This document shows positions 44,515 through 54,732 of a DNA stretch of 64,000 nt, piece after piece; the first letter of the stretch is position 1, and each line of letters opens with the position of its first letter. The stretch comes from a virus: IMG/VR virus record IMGVR_UViG_3300021959_000022, positions 1 to 64,000 of that record; one strand, 5' to 3'. The notes beneath the pieces were generated by a model that ran no database searches, was not told where the DNA came from, and worked only from the letters and a program-made list of their open reading frames with translations. The translations under genes were made by a program, and so were the position numbers.

Positions 44515-45913
44515 TTTATACAATTGGCGTAAAAAAACATTAGACTCTGTGAGTCCTTCTTTCTGTGCGGCCAAATGGTTGAATGCTTCCATACATTTGG
44601 GCCATGGCTACACACATTCCTGTCATTTGCCCATACCACATCCCATAGATCGTGAAGCCATCAAAACAGATCCTTCTGCCATCCACAACACAGAACACAA
44701 GAAGAAACAGCGAGCCAAGATGCTGTCAGGCATCAGACCCGCTGAGTGTGAATACTGCTGGAAGATTGAAGACATCGGTAGAGAAAACATTTCAGACAGG
44801 GTGTACAAATCCAAGATATACAATCAAGAAGACATTGATGCCATAGCCAAACTGCCACCACAACAGAATGTGATGCCAAGGACACTGGAGATATCATTCG
44901 ATCGTGTGTGCAACTTTGCTTGTTCATACTGCAACGCCGGCTATTCCACCACCTGGGGCAAGGACATCAAGACAAATGGAGCCTATCAAAATTTGGTCAC
45001 AGATGGTGCGGGTGCTTATCACAACACGGGTGAATGGGCAGAACCATACGGACCATTAAATGAAGGCAATCCCTATGTGGAAGCATTCTTCCGTTGGTGG
45101 CCAGAACTTTCTAAACACCTACAAGAGTTACGAATAACTGGTGGCGAGCCCATGATGGGCAACGGATTATGGCGACTACTCCAATCCATGTCCAAACAAT
45201 CATTGCCATCGATGAGATTCGCGGTGAACAGCAATTTGGGTATCAAGAAAGAACTTTTGAACAAATTGATTGGATACACACATCAATTGGACGTCAAGTC
45301 TTTCGATTTGTACACTTCTTGTGAAGCATACGGCACACAGGCGGAATACATCCGCGATGGATTGAATTACAACGAATGGAGATCGAATCTTGTGGCTTTC
45401 ATGGACAATGCAAATTTTAGATCAGTGACTATGATGATGACGATAACTTCTTTGAGTCTATTTTCTATTGTTGATTTTATGGATGATATGATCGAGTTGA
45501 AAGAAAAATACGGTCACAATCGACCTTTGCTTGATCTAAACATATTAAGGTGGCCGTCATTTATGAGTCCTCTGGCATTACCTGATGACATCAAAGATTA
45601 TTGCAGAACAAAATTAAAATATTGGTATGCCACCCATAAGCATCATGAATTACTGGGTGAAGGTGAGTTGGCACAGATACAAAGATTGATTGACTACATA
45701 GAAACAGTGGATAAACCACATCGCAGAACCACAGAAGACAAGGCCAAACTACAGGCAGATTTTAAAAGTTTTTATCAACAATATGATCAGAGACGTGGCA
45801 AAGACATCAACAAGGCCTTTCCACCTGTACTAACTGACTGGCTGAACACTGTTGAAATACAGCATAAAGAATCCAAAACCATATCACAGGGTATTTCTAA
45901 CTATGAAGATTAA
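44504..45913 (+). CDS. radical SAM enzyme with N-terminal SPASM/twitch-like domain (#2)
   Basis: CNFACSYC, ITGGEP; N-terminal C.AKW...SCH...ECEYCW; close paralog of #1. Confidence 0.9.
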   Translation: MSSDLYNWRKKTLDSVSPSFCAAKWLNASIHLGHGYTHSCHLPIPHPIDREAIKTDPSAIHNTEHKKKQRAKMLSGIRPAECEYCWKIEDIGRENISDRVYKSKIYNQEDIDAIAKLPPQQNVMPRTLEISFDRVCNFACSYCNAGYSTTWGKDIKTNGAYQNLVTDGAGAYHNTGEWAEPYGPLNEGNPYVEAFFRWWPELSKHLQELRITGGEPMMGNGLWRLLQSMSKQSLPSMRFAVNSNLGIKKELLNKLIGYTHQLDVKSFDLYTSCEAYGTQAEYIRDGLNYNEWRSNLVAFMDNANFRSVTMMMTITSLSLFSIVDFMDDMIELKEKYGHNRPLLDLNILRWPSFMSPLALPDDIKDYCRTKLKYWYATHKHHELLGEGELAQIQRLIDYIETVDKPHRRTTEDKAKLQADFKSFYQQYDQRRGKDINKAFPPVLTDWLNTVEIQHKESKTISQGISNYED

Positions 45914-47177
45914 TGTTGCATATGATAGGTTGGGTGAGTATAATCTATCTCACACGGAACTCCATGATCGTTTCAAGAATGCACCAAAATGGATAGAGTT
46001 TGACTTTGATCAAGTCGAGGAAAACACAATACAATATTTTTGCTCCAAGAATGAAAAATTTGTGTACAATCTCGGCACCATCGGTGGACCAAAATGGTGG
46101 TTGTGTGGCGGCAAAGGCAAATTGTTTGACTACTTTTCTACCGAATTGATTGCACAAGCACAACAAGGCAATGCTTGGATACACATTGATCAATCCATGG
46201 AGGGATTTCCCCTTTTAGAAATTCAAACACCATACAACAAAACAAGGATAGTTGATGCATTTAAAATGTTGCATGATAATCTTGAAACCTATAATATCAA
46301 TCCGAGTCAATTGATCTACAGCACATCCAATTTGATAGAAAGATACAATTATCATTCTTGGTGCAGGGAACACAATGTGAGTAAAAAATTCCATATGGTC
46401 ATTATACCGTTTTTTGCCTGTGCGACTCAGCAGAGTGGATTCTTTGATTGGGTGGATAGACCAGACTACAGAGATGATCCGCACAATGTTCTGCTCCAAG
46501 ATCAGATCAACTATAAGGCCACACACGAAATTTCACTGCTGAACTGTTTGAATCGTGTGCAAAGGACACACAGAGCACCGTTCGTGGCCATGCTAAATTA
46601 CTATAATTTGATCGAAGGAAATATAGTGAGCCATGACAATCTTGAAACTCATTTGAAAAACACAATTAAAATTTACAATTGGTCGGATCATCCTTCTTTC
46701 AATGACCCTAATTTTTCCGATTTGAAATCTAAACTTCCTTTGACGTATGACATGAAAGATTTTTCTGTAAATCATGCACAAAATTTGAACAAGGAAATAT
46801 ATCTTAAAACATATGTGAGTGTGATTACTGAAACTCTTTATGAAGATTGGAAACCAACAGTGTTCTTTTCTGAAAAGATATTCAAACCCATGAGAGCACA
46901 TCACCCATTTATATTAGTGTGCCATCAACACGGCCTGCATTGGCTTAAAAGATTAGGGTTTAAAACTTTTAACCAATGGTGGGATGAATCCTACGATGAT
47001 GAATCCGATCCAGTAAAAAGAATGGAAAAAGTTTGCATGGTTTTGAAAGATCTCAAAAAGTTATCTGTGCATGAATGGGTATGGTTGTATGAACAAATGA
47101 GCGAAACACTGACACACAATTACAACCATTTATTGAATACTAAGTGGTTCCAAGGAAAATATCATGACATCTTTTAA
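45903..47177 (+). CDS. hypothetical protein, possibly glycosyltransferase-like (GT10-like C-terminal motif)
   Basis: CLNRV.R.HR and VITET...FFSEKIFKP....PFI...LKRLGFKTF..WWDESYD; the [ST]EK motif loosely resembles fucosyltransferases. ATG 45903 preferred. Confidence 0.5.
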   Translation: MKINVAYDRLGEYNLSHTELHDRFKNAPKWIEFDFDQVEENTIQYFCSKNEKFVYNLGTIGGPKWWLCGGKGKLFDYFSTELIAQAQQGNAWIHIDQSMEGFPLLEIQTPYNKTRIVDAFKMLHDNLETYNINPSQLIYSTSNLIERYNYHSWCREHNVSKKFHMVIIPFFACATQQSGFFDWVDRPDYRDDPHNVLLQDQINYKATHEISLLNCLNRVQRTHRAPFVAMLNYYNLIEGNIVSHDNLETHLKNTIKIYNWSDHPSFNDPNFSDLKSKLPLTYDMKDFSVNHAQNLNKEIYLKTYVSVITETLYEDWKPTVFFSEKIFKPMRAHHPFILVCHQHGLHWLKRLGFKTFNQWWDESYDDESDPVKRMEKVCMVLKDLKKLSVHEWVWLYEQMSETLTHNYNHLLNTKWFQGKYHDIF

Positions 47178-47976
47178 AAGAGTGTTTTGTTTTGGTTGTT
47201 CGTTCACAGAGTATCAATGGCCCACGTGGGCGACCATTCTGCAAAAAGATCTCGATGTACCTGTGTACAATTGGGGGCTGTGTGGCATAGGCAACAGGGG
47301 AATACTTTCCAAAATGGTGCAGGCAGATGTCAAGCATGGTTTCAACCAAGATGATCTAATCATGGTGGTTTGGACTTCATGGACCAGAGAGGACAGATAC
47401 ATCCAGGGGCATTGGCGTAATCATGGTAATTTGCTCAACCAGGATTTCTATGACAGGAACTTCATCAGCAGATATTGGGATTGGGAAAACGATATAATCA
47501 ACAACTCAACCTGCATAATCTCTGCCAATCTTGCTTACAAACCATGGTTAAATGGATCGATTGTAAAAACTGATAAACCACAAGATCTTTACATACCAAA
47601 TCAAACAGACAAGGACAAGATAGAACTGCAAAACCAGAGGAACATGATAGATTTTTATGTGTCAAAATTACCAAAGATGCAATACTTTGACATGAACGAG
47701 AATTCGTATTATAATAACACAACAACAGATGGTCATCCGGATATTATGTTGCACAAAAAATTTGTTTTAGAAAAAATTTATCAACCATTGGGTATAGAAA
47801 TGAAGAATACCACCCATCAAGACATACAAACATTCTATGATCATGCTGTTGAAAAGTTTTCTTCCTTCAAAGATCAAAAGTATGCTTGGGAAAAAATGGT
47901 AGATGCCTGCAAGGATCTTTGGCACCACGGAGATTGGCAGAGATCGAGGATAGACGATTGGAACACAAATGTATGA
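47164..47976 (+). CDS. SGNH/GDSL hydrolase-like protein
   Basis: FGCSFT (block I), N.G..G.GN (block II) and DGHP (block V). Confidence 0.6.
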   Translation: MTSFKRVFCFGCSFTEYQWPTWATILQKDLDVPVYNWGLCGIGNRGILSKMVQADVKHGFNQDDLIMVVWTSWTREDRYIQGHWRNHGNLLNQDFYDRNFISRYWDWENDIINNSTCIISANLAYKPWLNGSIVKTDKPQDLYIPNQTDKDKIELQNQRNMIDFYVSKLPKMQYFDMNENSYYNNTTTDGHPDIMLHKKFVLEKIYQPLGIEMKNTTHQDIQTFYDHAVEKFSSFKDQKYAWEKMVDACKDLWHHGDWQRSRIDDWNTNV

Positions 47977-48649
47977 TGTAATCTTTATAAGTTACAATGA
48001 ACCGGCCGCTGATCAGGCCTGGAAAAAATTATTAGCAAGATGTCCGATGGCCAAAAGGGTGCATGGAATCAAAGGCATACACAACGCTCACGTGGCGGGC
48101 GCCAAATTGGCATTCACAAAAATGGTATGGTTTGTTGATGCTGATGCTGACGTGATGGATGATTTCGACTTTGGATACACAGTCAGCCAATGGGATTTAG
48201 AAACAGTGCATGTGTGGAGATCACAAAATCCTGTGAACGGATTGATATATGGCTATGGAGGACTCAAACTGTTTCCAAGGCACTTGACAATCAATCAAGA
48301 CACTTCGAGACCCGACATGACAACATCGCTGTCAAAAAGTTTTAAAGCAATGAAAACAATTTCATGTACTACAGCGTTTAATGTTGATCCTTTCAATACA
48401 TTTAAATCTGCTTTCAGAGAATGCTGTAAGTTATCGTCAAAGGTAATTGACAGACAAAAGGACACAGAAACAGAACACAGATTGGATGTATGGTGTACTG
48501 TAGGCGAAGACAAGCCATTCGGCAAGTATGCTCTGCAAGGAGCCCAACTCGGTCGTCAGTATGGGTACGACAACAAAAATGATGTTCAGGCATTATACAA
48601 AATTAATGATTATGAATGGTTAAAGGAGCAGTTTGATGGATCCTGTTGA
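47969..48649 (+). CDS. glycosyltransferase family 2-like protein, paralog of 41576-42499
   Basis: DVIFISYNEP, RVHGIKGIHNAH, WFVDAD (DxD), NPVNGLIYGYGGLK and SAFRE motifs. Confidence 0.6.
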   Translation: MYDVIFISYNEPAADQAWKKLLARCPMAKRVHGIKGIHNAHVAGAKLAFTKMVWFVDADADVMDDFDFGYTVSQWDLETVHVWRSQNPVNGLIYGYGGLKLFPRHLTINQDTSRPDMTTSLSKSFKAMKTISCTTAFNVDPFNTFKSAFRECCKLSSKVIDRQKDTETEHRLDVWCTVGEDKPFGKYALQGAQLGRQYGYDNKNDVQALYKINDYEWLKEQFDGSC

Positions 48650-49538
48650 AATACTGTCGAGGTGTAAACTACTTTTCGAGGAAAACCAACAGTTCGATGA
48701 CCTAAGGAAATCTGTCGTAAATCAAGATCTCAACAGCATCTTTAGACACATTGGTGATGACAAGTTTGAAGATCTTAGGAAAGCAGTTGTAGAAAATAAT
48801 TTACACAGTCTTTTTAGACTGCTGGGTGACGAACATGAAGATTTGAGGAAAATGGTGATAGAAAAAAATCATTTTTCATTGATTAGATCATTGCAGAATT
48901 TATCCGATTCGAGGATGATAGATGTGTTCGACATGATAACCAAGGATGAAACCATTGATCCGGACTGCGTGAGCAGGAGTCAGATACGATGCAAAAAATG
49001 GTTGGTTGAAGAATTGGAAAAACACAACTTGGACTTGGGCACTGTGTTCTTGTGTGCGGGTTGGTATGGTTTGTTGGCTGTGATGATGTTCGAATCTAAA
49101 CTCAAATTCACTAAGATAAGAAACTTCGATGTGGATGACAAGTGTAGGTTGATCGCTGAAAAGTTTAACAATCCGTGGGTGGTAGATGATTGGAAGTACA
49201 AACACTGCACCCAAGACATCCATGAAATAAATTATGACACACATGTCTACAATGTGTTGCGTGGAAATGGCACTCCTTGTGAATTGACCGACTCACCAGA
49301 TACCATCATCAACACCAGTTGTGAACACATAGAAAATTTTGATGCATGGTACAGCAAAATCCCCGCTGGCAAGTTGGTGATACTGCAAACAAACAATTAC
49401 AAAGACATCCAAGAACACATCAACTGCGTCAAGGATGTAGACGAGTTCGTTGGGCAAACACCCATGAACCAAAGACTGTTCCACGGAGAACTCGAAACCC
49501 CTAATTACAAAAGGTTTATGACATTTGGATACAAGTAA
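48636..49538 (+). CDS. SAM-dependent methyltransferase-like protein with N-terminal tandem repeats
   Basis: VFLCAGWYG, NFDVD and DTIINTSCEH motifs; three DLRK.V....S.[FI]R repeats. Confidence 0.55.
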   Translation: MDPVEILSRCKLLFEENQQFDDLRKSVVNQDLNSIFRHIGDDKFEDLRKAVVENNLHSLFRLLGDEHEDLRKMVIEKNHFSLIRSLQNLSDSRMIDVFDMITKDETIDPDCVSRSQIRCKKWLVEELEKHNLDLGTVFLCAGWYGLLAVMMFESKLKFTKIRNFDVDDKCRLIAEKFNNPWVVDDWKYKHCTQDIHEINYDTHVYNVLRGNGTPCELTDSPDTIINTSCEHIENFDAWYSKIPAGKLVILQTNNYKDIQEHINCVKDVDEFVGQTPMNQRLFHGELETPNYKRFMTFGYK

Positions 49539-49746
49539 TCTCACTCTCAGACAAATGCAAATGGAGTCTGCCCGGGCGTTAGTGGTCATGGAAGCAACCA
49601 ATAACAATCTTTCCAAGTTCAACCACACAGCCAGCCACGACAGCCAAAATTGGTACAGAGCCGTGATAGAATGGTATGTTGATCAATACGGAGATCTGCC
49701 CAGCAAGACAGGTCCGGCCAAAGATGTCAAATTATTGGCCGAATAA
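49525..49746 (+). CDS. small hypothetical protein
   Basis: 73-aa ORF filling the gap between coupled genes. Confidence 0.55.
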   Translation: MDTSNLTLRQMQMESARALVVMEATNNNLSKFNHTASHDSQNWYRAVIEWYVDQYGDLPSKTGPAKDVKLLAE

Positions 49747-49749
49747 ATA
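49743..49749 (+). promoter_or_regulatory. late-promoter-like ATAAATA
   Basis: 5 nt before ATG 49755. Confidence 0.5.
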
Positions 49750-49754
49750 TCCAT

Positions 49755-50378
49755 ATGCAATGGGAAGATATTCTAAAATCCAAACATCAAACATTTACTT
49801 TTACTGATCGAGTTCCTGACAAATCATTAATAGACAAGATAGTCCAGGAAATCCATGCCAAGTGCCCGTCAAAACAGAACAGAGTGCTGTATGATCTTAA
49901 AATATTAGATTGGTCCGACGAAGAACTTCGTTTGGATTTGTACAAGAGCACAGAACGAGACCCTAATGGAAGGAGGGCCGGCGAGTACAATCCTCAGACG
50001 TTAGCCCCATATCTGTTCGTTTGGTCTGCACGTGAAATAAAACCAATGACAAATTCATACGGTGAAGACTCGAACCCTGAATACAAAGATCCACAATGGC
50101 AGTTTAGTGTTACCAACATGGAGATAGGAATTTGTAGCATGTTCACAGTTTTGTCCGCACAGGCCAAAGGTTTGTCGTCAGGATTCTGCAAGTGCATCCA
50201 AACACCATCCATAGAAGAAAAATATGGTTTTACACCATTGCTGTTTTTAGGAATTGGTTACAGTTATGATCTACCAAAGAAAATGTTCTATTGTCCTGTG
50301 AACAAAAAAAATATGGAAGTGCCCTATGGCAGTGAGGTAAAGCCAGAGGTTGATTCTTACATATCTTATAGTGTATAA
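49755..50378 (+). CDS. nitroreductase-family flavoprotein
   Basis: F.DR.P....I..I......PSKQN, AP.L.V, EIG......L.AQ.KGL.SGFC and LGIGY motifs. Confidence 0.7.
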   Translation: MQWEDILKSKHQTFTFTDRVPDKSLIDKIVQEIHAKCPSKQNRVLYDLKILDWSDEELRLDLYKSTERDPNGRRAGEYNPQTLAPYLFVWSAREIKPMTNSYGEDSNPEYKDPQWQFSVTNMEIGICSMFTVLSAQAKGLSSGFCKCIQTPSIEEKYGFTPLLFLGIGYSYDLPKKMFYCPVNKKNMEVPYGSEVKPEVDSYISYSV

Positions 50379-50379
50379 T
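50350..50379 (+). promoter_or_regulatory. possible sigma70-like promoter
   Basis: TTGATT-18 nt-TATAAT, 7 nt before ATG 50387. Confidence 0.4.
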
Positions 50380-50386
50380 AGTTTTA

Positions 50387-51463
50387 ATGTATAGATTGCA
50401 AGACATCAGACAGGTACATCTTGAGATCACACAAAAATGCCAAGCGGCTTGCCCGATGTGTGACAGGAACCAGAATGGGGGTGCTCTCAATCCACACATC
50501 AATCTTGATGAATTAAGTCTAAAGGATTGCATGGATATCTTTCCATTTTCTTTTGTTCAACAACTGGATTCAATGTACATGTGTGGCAATTTGGGAGATG
50601 CCATCGTGGCAAAGGATACGCTTGAAGTGTTCGAGTACTTTAGGAACTGCAATCCAAACATGCATTTGAGTTTGAACACAAACGCCGGTGCCAGAGAGCC
50701 GGAATGGTGGGATAATTTAGCAAAGGTTCTTGGTAAGAATGGACACGTCATCTTCTCAGTGGATGGTTTGCAAGACACCAATCACATCTATAGGCAACAT
50801 GTGCAATGGTCAAAAGTGGAGCAATCCATGGATGCATTCATCGGAGCAGGTGGAAGGGCACGATGGGATTTCCTCATATTTGAGCACAATCAACATCAAG
50901 TCGAGGAGGCTGAAAAAATTGCCAAGCAAAAAGGGTTCGAGAAGTTTGTGGCCAAGAAGACAGGTAGATTCGTGACCACCCAGAGCGATGCCAAACAATC
51001 GCATCAAGCAAAAAACAGGAAAGGCGATGACACTGCTGAATTAAAGAAACCCGATGAAAAGTATCAAAACGAAGCACTCAAAAAACAACAGTCCATAATC
51101 GACAAGTATGGTTCGATGGATGCTTACTATGACGCTGTGCCGATATCATGCAAGGTGGCCAAATCTAAGTCAATATATGTTTCGGCGGAAGGCTTGGTGC
51201 TTCCCTGTTGCTGGACCGCAGGCAGGATGTACAAATGGTGGCACAAAGATCCCAAGGTGGAACCAATATGGTCATTGATCGACGGATTGGGAGGCAAGCA
51301 GGTTCTCGATGCAAAGAATGGTATATCTAAAGTTTTTGACAGTGGCATATTCGATCAAATACAAGACAGTTGGAATCAATCTTCTTGTTCACAAGGCAAA
51401 CTCAAAGTCTGTGCGATGAAGTGCGGAGTAGAATGGGATCCTTACACAGAGCAATTTAGGTAG
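50387..51463 (+). CDS. radical SAM enzyme with C-terminal SPASM/twitch domain (#3)
   Basis: CQAACPMC, CGNLGD, FSVDG; C-terminal C....IYVSAEG.VLPCC...C..KC. Confidence 0.9.
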   Translation: MYRLQDIRQVHLEITQKCQAACPMCDRNQNGGALNPHINLDELSLKDCMDIFPFSFVQQLDSMYMCGNLGDAIVAKDTLEVFEYFRNCNPNMHLSLNTNAGAREPEWWDNLAKVLGKNGHVIFSVDGLQDTNHIYRQHVQWSKVEQSMDAFIGAGGRARWDFLIFEHNQHQVEEAEKIAKQKGFEKFVAKKTGRFVTTQSDAKQSHQAKNRKGDDTAELKKPDEKYQNEALKKQQSIIDKYGSMDAYYDAVPISCKVAKSKSIYVSAEGLVLPCCWTAGRMYKWWHKDPKVEPIWSLIDGLGGKQVLDAKNGISKVFDSGIFDQIQDSWNQSSCSQGKLKVCAMKCGVEWDPYTEQFR

Positions 51464-51467
51464 TAAC

Positions 51468-52469
51468 ATGGAAGTACACAAAAAACCTTACGCACATTTG
51501 ATTATCAAGAATCACATGCCAGATGTAGATTTTCAACGCTGTAAAGACAGCATCGTGTTTGATGAGATAAAGGCATACTGCGATGATCCCCAAGTGCATG
51601 AACACGACAACGCACTGCACGGAAACTATTCTATGCCAACCGATTTGACCAAAGACGCACAATGGCTGTTCGATTATTTTGCAAACCAGGAAATGTATGA
51701 TATGGTCACACAGGCACTGTATGGACAAAGATTACAGCCGGATCATTCCTACATCAATCTGCATTGGGACAATGCAGACACCAGACTCGGAATCCACAAC
51801 GATCAAAAAAAATATAGATGGTTGGTCACTGGCCAGTTGTACATCAGTGGATACGAAAAGGACGGAGTGATTTTGCAGGATGACAATCTCAACGAAATAA
51901 CACAAGTCCCGTTGGAACCAAATCTTTTCTACGCCATGGCGACATCCATGTATTCATGGCATCACGTTAAGCACCTCAAAGAAGACAAGGTCAGCATACT
52001 GGTGAGGTTTGGCAAGAAACAAATCAACACCATTACGAATTATGATGAAGGTACGGATTACGGTATAATCATACACAATGACAATCACTTCGATGGACAT
52101 TATAGCAAGATTGGGATGAGAATGGCCAACATCACTGAAGCATGGTTGTATAATCAAGGATACAAGAACATACACATGAGTGAATGGCGCAATCCTGCAA
52201 GTTTAGAAAAATTGAAATCGTACTGCGACAAGTATTACAAAAGAACTATAATTGTCCCCAGTGGTTATCTATCCAACAAAAACATTTTGACAGACAGCAT
52301 AAACGAAAATGATGTTGAAAGAATAACAGAAGACAACATAAAGAAACACGCCGAGTTGATATTTTCGCGAGACAAGTACGTGAATTCGAGATTCAGAGCG
52401 GGAGAGATCATAATGAAAAGTTTCAATCCACTCGCCCACTTTACAAACACAAAGGAAAAGATACTGTAA
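51468..52469 (+). CDS. 2OG-Fe(II) oxygenase-like protein with C-terminal extension
   Basis: PYAHLII.N, LGIHND (HxD) and SWHHV motifs. Confidence 0.65.
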   Translation: MEVHKKPYAHLIIKNHMPDVDFQRCKDSIVFDEIKAYCDDPQVHEHDNALHGNYSMPTDLTKDAQWLFDYFANQEMYDMVTQALYGQRLQPDHSYINLHWDNADTRLGIHNDQKKYRWLVTGQLYISGYEKDGVILQDDNLNEITQVPLEPNLFYAMATSMYSWHHVKHLKEDKVSILVRFGKKQINTITNYDEGTDYGIIIHNDNHFDGHYSKIGMRMANITEAWLYNQGYKNIHMSEWRNPASLEKLKSYCDKYYKRTIIVPSGYLSNKNILTDSINENDVERITEDNIKKHAELIFSRDKYVNSRFRAGEIIMKSFNPLAHFTNTKEKIL

Positions 52470-53149
52470 TGAACTGGAAGGGTTTGAAAATATTAGAAGT
52501 TTCCTTCACCACTTATTGCAATGCGAATTGTCCATTGTGCATGAGGACAGATAAAAAAACCGGCAAGAAAAAAGAAAGTTTGCCACTGTGGCACTATGAT
52601 ATAGACAAGTTCAAGACACTGTGCGATCAATTGGACAAAACTGAAATAAGGAGCATACACTTCTGTGGCGATTATGGCGATCCCATGATGCACCCACACA
52701 TAGAAGAAGCCATAGACTACGCCATCCTGCAGAAGGGCATGTTGGTGCAAGTTGACACCAACGGAGGTGTGCGTGACAAGGATTGGTACAAGAAAATGGC
52801 GGAAAAATACGAAGGCAATCTCTACATAAATTTCTCTATCGACGGTTTTGATCAATCGACCAACTCCATCTACAGGATTGATGTTGATTTTGAAAAGGCC
52901 AAAGAAAATTGCACAACATTCGCCAAATACAATCTGTGGCCGGGTAACTGCAATTGGCAGATGTTGATATTCAATCACAACTACCACCAGATCGATGAAG
53001 TTGCCAACTACTGCAAGGCAAACGGCATAAGATTTGACTTCAAATTGAACAAAAGACACTGGCACAGGTACACAGTCAAGAACCCCGACATCATAGAGTT
53101 TGTAAAAGCTAAACAAAAAGAGTACAGTTATTTGACAGATGAATATTAA
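52469..53149 (+). CDS. radical SAM core (#4), SPASM domain encoded separately
   Basis: CNANCPLC, CGDYGDP, TNGG, FSIDG; similar to the core of #3. Confidence 0.85.
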   Translation: MNWKGLKILEVSFTTYCNANCPLCMRTDKKTGKKKESLPLWHYDIDKFKTLCDQLDKTEIRSIHFCGDYGDPMMHPHIEEAIDYAILQKGMLVQVDTNGGVRDKDWYKKMAEKYEGNLYINFSIDGFDQSTNSIYRIDVDFEKAKENCTTFAKYNLWPGNCNWQMLIFNHNYHQIDEVANYCKANGIRFDFKLNKRHWHRYTVKNPDIIEFVKAKQKEYSYLTDEY

Positions 53150-53390
53150 ATGTAAATCAAAAAAATTAATGATCAACTATGACAACACGGTGTGGCCTTG
53201 TTGTTGGGTGTGTACCAACCGTAGAGGTGATTATCTACAGTCATTACCAAAAGATTGGAACAGTCTGGATCATCACACCTTGGAAGAAATTTTAAATCAT
53301 GAAGCATTCACAAAGCACTACAACACAGAACATTGGAACGATGAGACCAAAGTAGACATAGAATGTAAGAGGGAGTGTGACCATGACTGA
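53139..53390 (+). CDS. stand-alone SPASM/twitch Fe-S domain protein
   Basis: C....LMINYDNTVWPCC...SL...LEEIL....C...C. Confidence 0.7.
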   Translation: MNIKCKSKKLMINYDNTVWPCCWVCTNRRGDYLQSLPKDWNSLDHHTLEEILNHEAFTKHYNTEHWNDETKVDIECKRECDHD

Positions 53391-54732
53391 GACAAAAAAA
53401 TTGAGCGAAGATCTTAAGGTCGGAATAATCAAGGAAATTCTGGAGAGATACAATTTATCACCCCAAACATTTTGCTTGGCTCCTTACATGCACTTGGATT
53501 ATGATCAGTCCGGGGAGATGCATTCCTGTTTCGAAGGCAAGTCTAAAATGGGAAATTGGAGGACTAATTCTGTGTTCGAGCAATTCAATAATGAAGAATA
53601 TCAGAAATTGAGGAAATCACACAGGATTGGAGACATAGTAAGCACACAGAAAAATTGTGAAACTTGTTACACGCACGAAGATCACAATGTGTATTCACAT
53701 AGATTGAGAAACTTGGTGGACAAGTACAACATTATGGGGCACGCAAGGTTCGAAAGCTTGATTGAAACACTGTCAAAGGCAGACATCTCTTCGATTGAAC
53801 CCAACAATCTTGACCATGTAGAAATGAGATTGTCTAATTTCTGTAATCTGAGATGTATGCATTGCGATCATAGATCTTCCACTCAGTGGCTAAATTTCTA
53901 CACCAATCAAGAAAATATTGATAAAGCCAGAGAAGTTGGCATTGCGATTCATCCCGATGCGAACGCTGAAAATATCATGCAGTTCTTCAATGATCATCAA
54001 CACAGCACTGCCAAACATTTCGACGAGATAGTCAAGACGCTACAGAATTCAAAACTCATTACTTTTTCGGGCGGTGAGCCGTTGCTGGATCCATACTACA
54101 AGCCATTAATGGACGAAATAGTAAAAAGTAAAAATTGTTCTACAAAGTCCTTGGATATCCATTCGAATTTGAACATAAAAGACATCACTGCATATTTTGA
54201 TCACTGGAAGAAATTCAAAAAGGTATCCATTTATGTAAGCATAGACTGTCCTCCATCCACATACAAATATTTCAGGAGAAATGGAGACTGGAATTTGGTC
54301 GCCAGCAACATTAAGAAAATTAAGAATGAATGTTCGCAAGTCAGCGTGATAGGACATCTTACGTTCAGCCTTTTCGGTGCACTGCGGTACAAAGAAATTG
54401 CAGACACATGGGAGGACATGGCCCTCGAACCAAACTCGAGCATTGTAATCTTAGGACCAACCAGTTCGAGGTATCTATCAGATCCTCTCAAACAATCAGC
54501 ATTGTCGCAGATGAATGAAGTGTTGCAGAACAAAGATGGAAAATATTCCAATGGTTTGGTTAGAATGACTGATAAATGCAAGACATACCTGCTGAACACA
54601 GAAAGTTATGGAGAAAATATACATCATGAAGTCATCGGTTGGTGCAAATTGCACGATAAAAAAACAAACTTGCAAACTTTAGACTTTTATCCTGAGCTCA
54701 AAATGTACTATAATAATAACAATGTCAAATAA
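53377..54732 (+). CDS. radical SAM enzyme with N-terminal SPASM/twitch-like domain (#5)
   Basis: FCLAPY...SC...NCETC followed by CNLRCMHC and FSGGEP. Confidence 0.9.
   Translation: MTMTETKKLSEDLKVGIIKEILERYNLSPQTFCLAPYMHLDYDQSGEMHSCFEGKSKMGNWRTNSVFEQFNNEEYQKLRKSHRIGDIVSTQKNCETCYTHEDHNVYSHRLRNLVDKYNIMGHARFESLIETLSKADISSIEPNNLDHVEMRLSNFCNLRCMHCDHRSSTQWLNFYTNQENIDKAREVGIAIHPDANAENIMQFFNDHQHSTAKHFDEIVKTLQNSKLITFSGGEPLLDPYYKPLMDEIVKSKNCSTKSLDIHSNLNIKDITAYFDHWKKFKKVSIYVSIDCPPSTYKYFRRNGDWNLVASNIKKIKNECSQVSVIGHLTFSLFGALRYKEIADTWEDMALEPNSSIVILGPTSSRYLSDPLKQSALSQMNEVLQNKDGKYSNGLVRMTDKCKTYLLNTESYGENIHHEVIGWCKLHDKKTNLQTLDFYPELKMYYNNNNVK

Noticed and set aside
49525-49746. Small ORF as a RiPP precursor for the radical SAM/SPASM enzymes
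   Set aside because: No cysteines or leader/core pattern; no RRE/PqqD, peptidase or exporter recognised nearby.
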